From contig JBJOKS010000002.1 of assembly GCA_046045965.1 (NCBI GenBank), positions 32,001 through 96,000 on the forward strand: a stretch of DNA of 64,000 nucleotides. Direction: 5' to 3'. The translations under genes were made by a program, and so were the position numbers. The notes beneath the pieces were generated by a model. That model made no database searches and was not told the DNA's origin. It worked only from the letters and a program-made list of their open reading frames with translations. Origin of the DNA: Cyanobacteriota bacterium. Lineage in GTDB: Bacteria > Cyanobacteriota > Cyanobacteriia > Cyanobacteriales > Nostocaceae. Positions 1 to 10,498 of this stretch are shown here, piece after piece; within the stretch, counting starts at the first letter, position 1; every line of letters starts with the position of its first letter.

Positions 1-1
1 T

Positions 2-2518
2 AATTACCGACATTCTATAGATTGTTTAAAAATTGTTCCTTCTCACTTATCTGCTTTATTATCAGGTTCACATCCCGAAAAACTTTTACCACGTCAGCGT
101 CTTATTCTGGGTGGCGAAGCTGCTACCTGGGATTTGATTAAACGAGTACGTGAATTAGTACCAGAATGCCAAATTTTTAATCACTATGGACCCACAGAAA
201 CTACCGTTGGTGTACTCACCTATCCGGTAGAAGAAGTTGCTAATGAACTGACATCAAATACTGTTCCTTTGGGTCGTCCTTTAGCTAATACCCAAATATA
301 TTTACTTGATAGTTATTATCAACCTGTTCCCTTGGGTGTAATGGGAGAAATATACATTGGTGGTGATAATGTGGCGAGAGGTTATATTAATCATCCAGAA
401 TTAACTAATGAGCGATTTATTCCCCATCCATTCAGTAGTAAACCCAATGCAAGACTGTATAAAACTGGGGATTTAGGACGCTATCAACCTGATGGTAATT
501 TAGAGTTTTTAGGTCGAATTGATGACCAAGTAAAATTGCATGGTTATCGCATTGAGTTAGGAGAAATTGAAGCTGTAATTCGCCAACATCCACAAGTTAC
601 AGAAGCAGTTATAGTGTTTAAAAATAATGATTCAATTAACAAGCAAATTATAGCTTATATTGTTTCTAAAGTACCTATAAAATCTGATGAATTGCGTGAT
701 TTTATTCAGCAAAAACTGCCTGAATATATGTTGCCTTCTCAGTTTGTTTTCTTGAAGGCTTTACCACTAACAGCGAATGGTAAAATTGACAAGAATGCTT
801 TACCAACAAAGAATGTTATTAAACCAGAATTACAAGTTGCTTTTGTTGCACCACGTACACCAGAAGAAATTGCTTTGGCTAAAATTTGGGCTGAACTTCT
901 TAATTTAGAGCAAGTTAGTATTCATGATAGTTTCTTTGAATTGGGGGGAGATTCGATTATTAGTATCCAGGCGATCGCCAAAGCTAACCAAGTCGGTTTA
1001 AGACTCACTCCCAAGCAAATTTTTGAACACCAAACTATTGCTAAATTAGCCTTAGTTGCAGATACTAGCACCAAGACAGAATCAGAACAAGGATTAGTAA
1101 TTGGTTCTGTACCTCTGACACCAATTCAACATAGTTTTTTTGCCGAAAATTTACCAGAAGCACATCATTGGAATCAATCATTTTTGCTGGAATTACAGCA
1201 AGATATTAAGCTGAATATTTTACAGCAAGCAATACAGTATTTACTGTCACACCATGACGCACTGCGCTTATGTTTTCGACCAACAGCTAATGGTTGGGAG
1301 TGTTTTAATACGGGTATGATATCAGAAATATCATTGACAAAATTTGATTTTTCCCAATTATCACCACAAGAACAAAAAGCAGCTATTGAAGACAAAGCCA
1401 CAGAATTACAGACAACTTTGGATTTATCAAATAGTAAATTAATGCAAGTAGCGTTATTTGATTTAGGTTCTCAAGAAAATAACCGCTTGCTGATCATCAT
1501 TCATCATCTAGCTGTTGATGGTGTATCCTGGCGAATTTTGTTGTCAGATTTGCAAACAGCTATAGAACAAATTCAGCAAAATCAAGAAATTAAATTGCCA
1601 GCAAAAACTACTTCTTTTAAACAATGGAGTGAACGTTTACAAGAATATGCAAACACAAAGACACTACACTCACAATTAGATTTCTGGTGTTCTGATTTAA
1701 GAAAACAAGCTTCTCCTTTACCAGTAGATTATACAGGGGGATTAAATACTGTATCTACAAGTAAAACTCTGTCTGTATTTCTTAATCAAACTGAAACACA
1801 AGCACTGCTGCAAGAAGTACCAGCCAAATACCATACACAAATAAACGATGTTTTTTTAACAGCACTAGCAAAAACTTTTGCAGAGTGGACAGGAGAAAAA
1901 ACACTGTTAATCAACTTAGAGGGACATGGACGAGAAGACATATTTAGTGATGTTGATTTATTTCGTACAGTCGGTTGGTTTACTACTATATTTCCCGTCC
2001 TGTTGAATTTAGAAAATAGTGCCACAGTTGGGGATGCTTTAAAAGCAATTAAAGAACAGCTACGTAGTATCCCAAATCGGGGTTTTGATTATGGTGTATT
2101 GCGTTATTTATGCAGCACTACTCAACATTTAGCTGCTATGCCTCAAGCAGAAATATGTTTCAACTATTTAGGACAATTTGACCAAGTATTACAAGAATCG
2201 GCTTTATTCAAATTAGCATCAGAATCAAGTGGTTTAGAGCGTAGCCTTGTAGGAAATCGCCGCCATTTATTTGATATTAATGGATTTGTGACAGGAAACT
2301 GTCTAAAATTCCATTGGACTTATAGCACAGCAATACATAAAGAAGAAACTGTATTAAGTCTTGCTCAAAATTTTGTCCAAGCACTACAAGAAATTATTAG
2401 CCATTGTCAATCGGCTGATGCAGGGGGTTACACCCCTTCTGATTTTTCTAAAGCAAAGGTAAGTCAAAAAGACCTTGACTTTTTACTAGCAAAAATTAAC
2501 CAAGGGAGTGAGAAATAA
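2..2518 (+). CDS. NRPS, 5'-truncated by window edge: partial A (Asp-type)-T-E
   Basis: The frame is open from base 2 (NYRHSIDCLKIVPSHL...ILGGE), so the true start lies upstream of the window. A motifs HYGPTETTVG and LYKTGD; T motif GGDSI; E-domain motifs HHLAVDGVSW, EGHGRE, RTVGWFT, FNYLGQ. Confidence 0.95.
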   Translation, partial: NYRHSIDCLKIVPSHLSALLSGSHPEKLLPRQRLILGGEAATWDLIKRVRELVPECQIFNHYGPTETTVGVLTYPVEEVANELTSNTVPLGRPLANTQIYLLDSYYQPVPLGVMGEIYIGGDNVARGYINHPELTNERFIPHPFSSKPNARLYKTGDLGRYQPDGNLEFLGRIDDQVKLHGYRIELGEIEAVIRQHPQVTEAVIVFKNNDSINKQIIAYIVSKVPIKSDELRDFIQQKLPEYMLPSQFVFLKALPLTANGKIDKNALPTKNVIKPELQVAFVAPRTPEEIALAKIWAELLNLEQVSIHDSFFELGGDSIISIQAIAKANQVGLRLTPKQIFEHQTIAKLALVADTSTKTESEQGLVIGSVPLTPIQHSFFAENLPEAHHWNQSFLLELQQDIKLNILQQAIQYLLSHHDALRLCFRPTANGWECFNTGMISEISLTKFDFSQLSPQEQKAAIEDKATELQTTLDLSNSKLMQVALFDLGSQENNRLLIIIHHLAVDGVSWRILLSDLQTAIEQIQQNQEIKLPAKTTSFKQWSERLQEYANTKTLHSQLDFWCSDLRKQASPLPVDYTGGLNTVSTSKTLSVFLNQTETQALLQEVPAKYHTQINDVFLTALAKTFAEWTGEKTLLINLEGHGREDIFSDVDLFRTVGWFTTIFPVLLNLENSATVGDALKAIKEQLRSIPNRGFDYGVLRYLCSTTQHLAAMPQAEICFNYLGQFDQVLQESALFKLASESSGLERSLVGNRRHLFDINGFVTGNCLKFHWTYSTAIHKEETVLSLAQNFVQALQEIISHCQSADAGGYTPSDFSKAKVSQKDLDFLLAKINQGSEK

Positions 2519-2523
2519 ACAAT

Positions 2524-5500
2524 ATGAAAGCTGACAACATTCAAGATATTTATGAACTTTCTCCACTACAACAGGGCATTCTCTTTCATAGTTTATATGC
2601 TCCAGAATCGGCTGTTTATTTTGTCCAGTTATGTTACTCACTCAAGGGCAATTTTAATGTTGTTGCTTTTGCACAAGCTTGGCAAGAAGTAGTCAACCGC
2701 CACACTGTTTTACGTACAGATTTTTATTGGGAAAATATAGAAAAACCTTTACAAATTGTGCATCGAGAAGTCAAAATCTCACTAATACAGCATGATTGGC
2801 GAGATATCAACCCAAATGAACAATCGCAGAAATTAGAGGAATTTTTGCAGCAAGATAGAGCATCCAATTTTGACCTGACACAACCATGTTTAATGCGGCT
2901 TCAGTTAATTCGCTGTACTAGTGATTCTTACTACTTTATTTGGAGTAAACACCATCTCATCTTAGATGGTTGGTCAACTGCTTTAGTATTAAAAGAAGTA
3001 GTAGAAACTTACCAATCACTTTGTCAAGGTGAAAATTTACCTTTAGTATTAGGTAGTTCCTTTGGCGATTATATTGGTTGGTTACAACAGCAAGATTTCA
3101 ACCAAGCTAAAACCTTTTGGCAACAGTCATTAAAGGGAGTGACAGCACCCACACCTTTGATTAATTTAAATGTTGGAAATTCATCAAACCAACATGAAAA
3201 ATATGATCAGCAAGTAATTAAACTTTCACAAACAACCACATCAGAATTACAAACTTTAGCTAGGAAAAATCAACTGACACTAAATACTTTAGTGCAAGGT
3301 GCATGGTCTTTACTTCTCAGCCGTTATAGTAGAGAAACAGATGTAATTTATGGTGTAACAGTCTCCGGTCGTCCAGCAGATTTTGTCAAAGCTGATTCTG
3401 TGGTGGGGATGTTTATTAATACCTTACCTGTGCGAGTGAAAGTTGATGCTCAAGAATCTTTAATATCTTGGTTGAAAAGATTACAAACACAACTAACAGA
3501 AATCAGACAATATGAATATAGCCCACTGGTAGAGGTACAAGGTTGCAGTGAATTACCGCGAGGTTTACCTTTATTTGAAAGCATATTAGTATTTGAGAAT
3601 TATCCCATTGATACTGTGTTAAAAAATGGGATTCAAAATTTAGAAATTCAGTCTATTAGTTCTGTTGATAATACTAACTATCCGCTAACTGTTAGTGTGA
3701 TTCCTGGTAATGAATTAGAAATTCATATAGATTATCAAAATAATCGTTTTGATTTTGCCACCATCAACCGAATGTTAGGACATTTTCAAACATTGTTACA
3801 AGGAATGGTGAATAATCCGCATATCCAACTAAAAGATTTACCACTGTTAACAGTTACAGAGAAACACAAGCTATTAGTAGATTGGAATAACCATAAAGTT
3901 GATTATCCTCAAAATCTGTGCATTCATCAGCTATTTGAACAAGTTGTAGCACAAACTCCTGATAGTGTAGCCGTAGAGTTTGTAGGAAAAAGCCTGACTT
4001 ATCAGCAATTAAATCAACAAGCGAATAAAGTAGCTCATTATTTACAGAAATTAGGAGTTATCCCCGACCAATTAATAGGTATTTGTGTAGAACGCTCATT
4101 AGAAATGGCGATCGCACTTTTAGGGATTTTAAAAGCTGGTGCTGCTTATGTACCACTAGATCCAGATCAACCACAACAACGCTTAGAGTTCATGTTGCAG
4201 GATGCGGGGTGTAGTGTCTTACTCACTCAAAAGCAACTGATTGAAAATATTTCCAACTATGCAGGAAAGGTAATATATCTAGATACAGAATGGGAATTAA
4301 TTGCTAACGAAAAAGAATCTAACCCAACCAGCAAAATACAACCAGAAAATTTAGCTTATCTAATTTACACCTCTGGTTCTACAGGTAAATCGAAAGGGGT
4401 AATGATTCAACATAACAACCTTATTAATGCCTACTATGCTTGGGAAAAAGCTTATCAACTGCGTTATCAAGTTCGTTGTCATTTGCAAATGGCCAGCTTT
4501 TCTTTTGATGTTTTTTCTGGTGATTTTATTCGGGCTTTGTGTTCTGGTGGTAAGTTAGTGCTGTGTCCACGGGAAATACTTCTAGAACCTCAACAACTAT
4601 ATGAATTGATGCGTCAACAAAAAATTGACTGCGCGGAATTTGTACCAGTAGTGTTAAGAAACCTTGTACATTACCTGGAGAAAAGCCAACAAAAACTCGA
4701 TTTTATGCGGTTGGTTATCTGTGGTTCTGATAGTTGGTATGGAGCAGAATATAGTAAATTCAGTAATTTTCTTAGTGAAGAAGCACGGTTAATTAACTCC
4801 TTTGGTGTGACTGAAGCTACCATTGATAGTTCATATTTTGAAAACACTAATGGAGAGTTAGCGTCTGAACAGTTAGTACCAATTGGTAGACCTTATGCTA
4901 ACAGCAAACTTTATATATTAGATGACAATTTACAACTAGTACCTATAGGGGTGATGGGTGAACTTTACATTGGTGGTGATGGTTTAGCCAGAGGCTATCA
5001 TAACCGTCCAGATTTAACAAATGAAAAGTTTATTCCCAATATTTTTAGTACAGAAACAAAAGCACGGCTATATAAAACTGGTGACTTAGTTCGCTATCTG
5101 AACGATGGGAATATTGAGTTTTTAGGTCGCATTGACAACCAAGTAAAAATTCGCGGTTTTCGGATTGAACTGGGAGAAATTGAAGCAATACTCAGTCAAC
5201 ATTCAGAAGTAAAAGAAACTGTGGTTGTTATTAGGGAAGATAACCCAGGTGATAAAAGATTAGTAACTTATATTGTTGCTAATGGCATTCTGCAAACTTC
5301 GGAAATTCGCAACTTTTTAAAAGATAAGCTGCCAGATTATATGATACCTTCAGCGTTTGTGCAGCTTGACACCCTACCACTTACACCAAATGGTAAAATT
5401 GACCGTCGAGCCTTACCAGCACCAGATAAAAGCAACTTAGAACTAGAAAATTCCTTTGTCGCACCTCGTACCGCAGTTGAGGAAATTTTAGCCGGAATTT

Positions 5501-5808
5501 GGGCAAAAATACTTCACATTGAGCGAGTAGGTATTCATGATAGTTTCTTTGAACTTGGTGGACATTCTTTATTAGCAACTCAAGTTATTTCTCGCATTCG
5601 TGAAACCTTCCGCATGGAATTACCTTTACGTTGTTTATTTGAGTCACCAACAGTAGAGAAATTAGCACAAAAAATTATTGCCCAAGAAGCCAAACCAGGA
5701 ATCACAGAAAAAATGGCTCAAATCCTCAAACAGCTTGAGGGTATGTCAGATGAAGAAGCAAAACAAGCATTACAAAACCGCAAAGCAGTAAAAGAGGTGA
5801 AAGCATAA
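2524..5808 (+). CDS. NRPS module C(DCL-type)-A-T, A predicted Orn-like
   Basis: HHLILDGWS; YTSGSTG; T motif GGHSL; manually read specificity code DVGEIGSID, matching the classical Orn code. Confidence 0.95.
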   Translation: MKADNIQDIYELSPLQQGILFHSLYAPESAVYFVQLCYSLKGNFNVVAFAQAWQEVVNRHTVLRTDFYWENIEKPLQIVHREVKISLIQHDWRDINPNEQSQKLEEFLQQDRASNFDLTQPCLMRLQLIRCTSDSYYFIWSKHHLILDGWSTALVLKEVVETYQSLCQGENLPLVLGSSFGDYIGWLQQQDFNQAKTFWQQSLKGVTAPTPLINLNVGNSSNQHEKYDQQVIKLSQTTTSELQTLARKNQLTLNTLVQGAWSLLLSRYSRETDVIYGVTVSGRPADFVKADSVVGMFINTLPVRVKVDAQESLISWLKRLQTQLTEIRQYEYSPLVEVQGCSELPRGLPLFESILVFENYPIDTVLKNGIQNLEIQSISSVDNTNYPLTVSVIPGNELEIHIDYQNNRFDFATINRMLGHFQTLLQGMVNNPHIQLKDLPLLTVTEKHKLLVDWNNHKVDYPQNLCIHQLFEQVVAQTPDSVAVEFVGKSLTYQQLNQQANKVAHYLQKLGVIPDQLIGICVERSLEMAIALLGILKAGAAYVPLDPDQPQQRLEFMLQDAGCSVLLTQKQLIENISNYAGKVIYLDTEWELIANEKESNPTSKIQPENLAYLIYTSGSTGKSKGVMIQHNNLINAYYAWEKAYQLRYQVRCHLQMASFSFDVFSGDFIRALCSGGKLVLCPREILLEPQQLYELMRQQKIDCAEFVPVVLRNLVHYLEKSQQKLDFMRLVICGSDSWYGAEYSKFSNFLSEEARLINSFGVTEATIDSSYFENTNGELASEQLVPIGRPYANSKLYILDDNLQLVPIGVMGELYIGGDGLARGYHNRPDLTNEKFIPNIFSTETKARLYKTGDLVRYLNDGNIEFLGRIDNQVKIRGFRIELGEIEAILSQHSEVKETVVVIREDNPGDKRLVTYIVANGILQTSEIRNFLKDKLPDYMIPSAFVQLDTLPLTPNGKIDRRALPAPDKSNLELENSFVAPRTAVEEILAGIWAKILHIERVGIHDSFFELGGHSLLATQVISRIRETFRMELPLRCLFESPTVEKLAQKIIAQEAKPGITEKMAQILKQLEGMSDEEAKQALQNRKAVKEVKA

Positions 5809-8800
5809 TGGATTTATCTGCTGAAAAACGGGATCTTTTGGCGTTATTACTGGAAGAAGAAGATATTGAATATACACCAGTTCAAACAATTTCGCCCAGA
5901 AAAAACACTGACAAATTAGAGCTTTCTTTTGCTCAGAAACGTTTGTGGATTTTAAATCAATTAGAGCCTGGTAATCCCTTTTATAATATTCCTGCTGCCC
6001 TCAAACTAACAGGTAAGCTAGATGTAGACGCTTTGGAATTGAGTTTTAATGAAATTATCCAGCGTCATGAGGTTTTACGTACTAAATTTAACGTTGTAGA
6101 TGGACAACCTATTTTAGAAATAGTCCCTCAGCAAACCATAATTTTACCAATAGTAGATTTAAGAGAAATTGCCTTAACAGAACGTGAAGCAAAGGTACAA
6201 AATTTAGCTGATACTGAATTTAGAAAACCTTTTAATCTTGCATCTGAACCACTTTTACGTAGTACTTTGTTGAAATTAGATAAAGCTGAATATATTTTAC
6301 TGTTGACAATGCACCATATTGTTAGTGATGGTTGGTCAACGGATATATTAGTGCGGGAAGTAGCAGCACTTTATGAATGTTTCACTCAAGGTAAACCTTC
6401 CCCGTTACCACAATTAACTATTCAATATACAGATTATGCTATTTGGCAACGGAAATGGTTACAGGGTGAAGTTTTAGAAACTCAACTCAATTACTGGAAG
6501 CAAAAACTGGCAGGTAATTTACCAATTTTAGAATTACCTACAGATAGACCACGCCCAAAGATTAAAACTTACCAAGGAGCAAAACAATATTTTCAACTAT
6601 CTCCCGAACTTTCTCAGGCTTTAAAAACCTTGAGCCAAAAGCAGGATTGTACTTTATTTATGACCCTGCTGGCAGCTTTCAAGGTGCTACTATATCGCTA
6701 CACAGGTCTGGAAGATATTATAATTGGTTCACCTATTGCTAATCGTAATCGGGCAGAAATTGAAAGCTTAATTGGCTTTTTTGTAAATACTTTGGTCTTG
6801 CGGACTGATTTATCAGAACATCCTACTTTTGTAGATTTACTCAATAGAGTCAGGGAAACCACTTTATCAGCCTATGCTCATCAAGATTTACCTTTTGATG
6901 TATTAGTAGAAGAATTACAACCACAAAGAAACTTGAGCCATACCCCCTTGTTTCAAGTAATGTTTGTTTTGCAAAATGCCCCAATTTCAGCAGTAGAGTT
7001 ATCAGGTTTAACTGTAGAACCTTTAACAAGTGAAGGTGGAAATGCTAAGTTTGATTTAACTCTGTTAGCAGAAGAAACTGATTCAGGAATTAGGGTAGGT
7101 TGGGAATACAACACCAATTTATTTAATGCTGAAACTATCACCCGCATAGGGAATAATTTTCAAACCTTGCTTGAAGGTATTGTTGCCAACCCCCAGCATA
7201 AAATTACAGAACTGCCTTTATTAACGCCAAAAGAACAACATCAATTATTAATAGATTGGAATAACAACCAATTAGAATATGATTTAGATAAATGTATTCA
7301 TCAACTATTTGCAGAGCAGGTAGAACGGACACCTGATGCTGTAGCAGTAGTATTTGAAAATCAACAATTAACTTATCGGGAATTGAATCATCAAGCAAAT
7401 CAATTGGCTTGCTATTTACAAAAAATAGGTGTTAAACCTGATATATTGGTAGGAATTTGTGTAGAGCGTTCCTTAGAAATGGTGGTAGGATTACTAGGGA
7501 TTCTCAAAGCTGGTGGTGCGTATCTCCCACTTGATCCTAATTATCCCCAAGAACGCTTAGAATTTATGGTCAAAGATGCCGATATATCGGTATTATTGAC
7601 TCAGAAAAAATTAGTTAATTTGCTTCCTCAACACCAAACAGAGATTGTTTGTTTAGATTCTTATGAAGTGATAAATTCTGATCCTCTCTGCGTCTTAGCA
7701 TCTCTGAGTGAAGTACATCCTGATAACTTAGCATATCTAATTTACACATCAGGTTCAACCGGAAAACCCAAAGGGGTGATGATTTCCCACCGCGCTCTTT
7801 GTAACCATACTTTATGGATGCAGTCAGAATTTCCCGTAACTGAATCAGACAAAGTTATGCAAAAAACGCCTTTTAGTTTTGATGCTTCTGTTTGGGAATT
7901 TTACGCACCATTAGTAACAGGTGGTAAGTTAATTTTAGCTAAACCAGATGGGCATAAAGATACAACTTATCTTGTAGATTTAATTGCTAAAGAAAACATT
8001 ACTATTTTGCAATTAGTTCCCTCTCTATTGCGAGTGCTGTTAGAGGAGAAAAATCTCAAAAATTGTCAAAGCTTGCGACGGGTATTTTGTGGGGGTGAAG
8101 TATTAAGCGTTGATTTACAAAATAAATTATTTCAGATTTTACCTGATGTAGAACTGTGTAATTTATATGGACCAACTGAAGGAACCATAGATACAACATA
8201 TTATAAATGTAAATACGAAGATAAACTTTCAATTGTGCCGATTGGGAGAGCGATCACTAATACCCAAGTATACCTTTTAGATAGACATCTTCAACCTGTT
8301 CCCATTGGTGTACCCGGTGAAATTTACATCGGTGGTGCAGGTTTAGCAAAGGGTTATCTTAATCGTCCAGATTTAACAGCAGAAAAATTTATATCTAATC
8401 CCTTTCTTACTGGAACAAAGCTATATAAAACAGGTGATTTAGCTCGTTATCTTGCAGATGGAAATATAGAGTTTATTGAGCGCATTGATGGTCAAGTTAA
8501 ACTACGGGGTTTTCGGATTGAACTGGGAGAAATAGAAACACAATTAAACCAGCACTTGCAAGTTAAACAAACTGTGGTTTTAGTTAGGGAAGATATACCA
8601 GGAGAAAAACGCTTAGTAGCTTATATTGTACCTAATCAAAAACACTCACCTACAGTTAGTGAACTGCGTAATTTCTTAAAGCAGAATTTACCTGACTATA
8701 TGATACCAACAGTGTTTATCTTGTTAGATAATCTGCCATTTTTACCCAATGGTAAAATAGACCGGAAAGCACTACCAGCACCAGATAACGCTAGACCTGA

Positions 8801-10481
8801 TTTACAAGCTGTTTTTGCTACATCACGCAATCCAACAGAAGAAATTTTAGTGCAAATATGGTCTGAAGTTCTCCGGTTAGACAATGTGGGAATTAACGAT
8901 AACTTTTTTGAGTTAGGTGGAGATTCAATTCTCAGTCTACAGGTGATTGCTAAAGCTAATCAGGCTGGTTTACAACTAACTCCTAAACAGATTTTTGAAT
9001 ATCAAACAATTGCCGATTTAGCATTAGTAGCAAGTACAAATACAAAAATTGCCACTGAACAAGGCATTGTTACAGGTTATCTCCCCTTAACTCCTATTCA
9101 ACATTGGTTTTTTGATCAAGAACTGCTTGATTCTCATCATTGGAATCAGTCAGTAATGTTAGAGGTTGATCACACTTGTAACCATATTTTATTAGAGCAG
9201 GTGGTAAAACAATTAATTCTGCATCATGATGCTTTACGCTTGCAGTTTGTGAGAACAGAATTTAGTTGGAAATCAATAATTAGTGAACCTGAAACCATAA
9301 CACCTTTTTCTATCATTGATTTATCACACCTACCTAAAAATGAGCATCAACAAACAATAGAGATTGAAGCTAATTCACTACAAGCTGGTCTTGACTTATC
9401 CCAGGGTAAAATAGTTCAGGTTGCTTTATTTAAACTGGGTGAAAGTCAACCTCATAGATTGTTAATTATCATTCACCATTTAGCAATTGATGGAGTTTCC
9501 TGGCGAATTTTACTTGAAGACCTGCAAACAGCTTACCAACAACTTGTTCAGGGTGAAAAAATCCAATTACCTGCTAAAACAACTTCAGTCAAACAGTGGG
9601 CGGAAAAATTGCAAGAATATGCTAACTCAGAAACTGTAAAATCAGAAATTAATTACTGGTTATATCAGCATAATCAAAATATTTCTCCTTTACCTGTTGA
9701 CTATTCTCATGGAGAAAATACTGTAGATTTAGCTTGTACAGTTTCAGTTACTCTCACCCAGGAAGAAACAACATCTTTATTACATGAAGTCCCTGTAACT
9801 TATCAAACACAAATTAATGATATTTTGTTAACTGCCCTGGTACAAACTTTTCAACAATGGACTGGTAACAGTTCACTGTTAGTAAATTTGGAAGGTCATG
9901 GACGAGAAGATATCCTAGAAAATGTTGACTTATCCCGTACTGTTGGCTGGTTTACTACCATCTTCCCAGTTTTATTGGATATCACAGCAGTTTTTGAACC
10001 AGGAATAGCATTAAAAACAGTTAAAGAACAATTGCGTAGTATTCCCCACAAAGGTATTAATTATGGAGTTTTGCGTTATCTCAGTGAAAAGTCAATTACT
10101 GAACAATTGCAAGCTTTACCCCAAGCAGAAATAACATTTAACTACTTGGGTCAATTTGACCAAATAATTTCTCAAACATCAACATTTAAACCTGCGGTTG
10201 AGTCTACAGGAAATAATCAAAGTCCAAGGGGCAAGCGTAACATTTTGCTAGAAATTAATAGCTTAATTGTAGGTGGACAGTTGCGGCTGAATTGGACTTA
10301 TAACAAAGCATTACATCAACCAGAAACAGTAGAAAAACTGGCGCAGGAATATCTTAAAAAATTGCGATCGCTCATTTTTCATTGTCTGTCACCTAACGCT
10401 GGTGGCTTTACACCCTCAGACTTTCCACAAATGAATTTTAGTCAAGCAGAACTTGACCAATTACTTACCGAACTTGATTAA
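5808..10481 (+). CDS. NRPS module C(LCL)-A-T-E, A predicted Gln
   Basis: LSFAQKRLW, MHHIVSDGWS; code read DAWQFGLID (Gln-type); GGDSI T motif followed by E domain HHLAIDGVSW; start overlaps the previous stop (TAATG). Confidence 0.95.
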   Translation: MDLSAEKRDLLALLLEEEDIEYTPVQTISPRKNTDKLELSFAQKRLWILNQLEPGNPFYNIPAALKLTGKLDVDALELSFNEIIQRHEVLRTKFNVVDGQPILEIVPQQTIILPIVDLREIALTEREAKVQNLADTEFRKPFNLASEPLLRSTLLKLDKAEYILLLTMHHIVSDGWSTDILVREVAALYECFTQGKPSPLPQLTIQYTDYAIWQRKWLQGEVLETQLNYWKQKLAGNLPILELPTDRPRPKIKTYQGAKQYFQLSPELSQALKTLSQKQDCTLFMTLLAAFKVLLYRYTGLEDIIIGSPIANRNRAEIESLIGFFVNTLVLRTDLSEHPTFVDLLNRVRETTLSAYAHQDLPFDVLVEELQPQRNLSHTPLFQVMFVLQNAPISAVELSGLTVEPLTSEGGNAKFDLTLLAEETDSGIRVGWEYNTNLFNAETITRIGNNFQTLLEGIVANPQHKITELPLLTPKEQHQLLIDWNNNQLEYDLDKCIHQLFAEQVERTPDAVAVVFENQQLTYRELNHQANQLACYLQKIGVKPDILVGICVERSLEMVVGLLGILKAGGAYLPLDPNYPQERLEFMVKDADISVLLTQKKLVNLLPQHQTEIVCLDSYEVINSDPLCVLASLSEVHPDNLAYLIYTSGSTGKPKGVMISHRALCNHTLWMQSEFPVTESDKVMQKTPFSFDASVWEFYAPLVTGGKLILAKPDGHKDTTYLVDLIAKENITILQLVPSLLRVLLEEKNLKNCQSLRRVFCGGEVLSVDLQNKLFQILPDVELCNLYGPTEGTIDTTYYKCKYEDKLSIVPIGRAITNTQVYLLDRHLQPVPIGVPGEIYIGGAGLAKGYLNRPDLTAEKFISNPFLTGTKLYKTGDLARYLADGNIEFIERIDGQVKLRGFRIELGEIETQLNQHLQVKQTVVLVREDIPGEKRLVAYIVPNQKHSPTVSELRNFLKQNLPDYMIPTVFILLDNLPFLPNGKIDRKALPAPDNARPDLQAVFATSRNPTEEILVQIWSEVLRLDNVGINDNFFELGGDSILSLQVIAKANQAGLQLTPKQIFEYQTIADLALVASTNTKIATEQGIVTGYLPLTPIQHWFFDQELLDSHHWNQSVMLEVDHTCNHILLEQVVKQLILHHDALRLQFVRTEFSWKSIISEPETITPFSIIDLSHLPKNEHQQTIEIEANSLQAGLDLSQGKIVQVALFKLGESQPHRLLIIIHHLAIDGVSWRILLEDLQTAYQQLVQGEKIQLPAKTTSVKQWAEKLQEYANSETVKSEINYWLYQHNQNISPLPVDYSHGENTVDLACTVSVTLTQEETTSLLHEVPVTYQTQINDILLTALVQTFQQWTGNSSLLVNLEGHGREDILENVDLSRTVGWFTTIFPVLLDITAVFEPGIALKTVKEQLRSIPHKGINYGVLRYLSEKSITEQLQALPQAEITFNYLGQFDQIISQTSTFKPAVESTGNNQSPRGKRNILLEINSLIVGGQLRLNWTYNKALHQPETVEKLAQEYLKKLRSLIFHCLSPNAGGFTPSDFPQMNFSQAELDQLLTELD

Positions 10482-10498
10482 ATAAAAGGTAACTATTC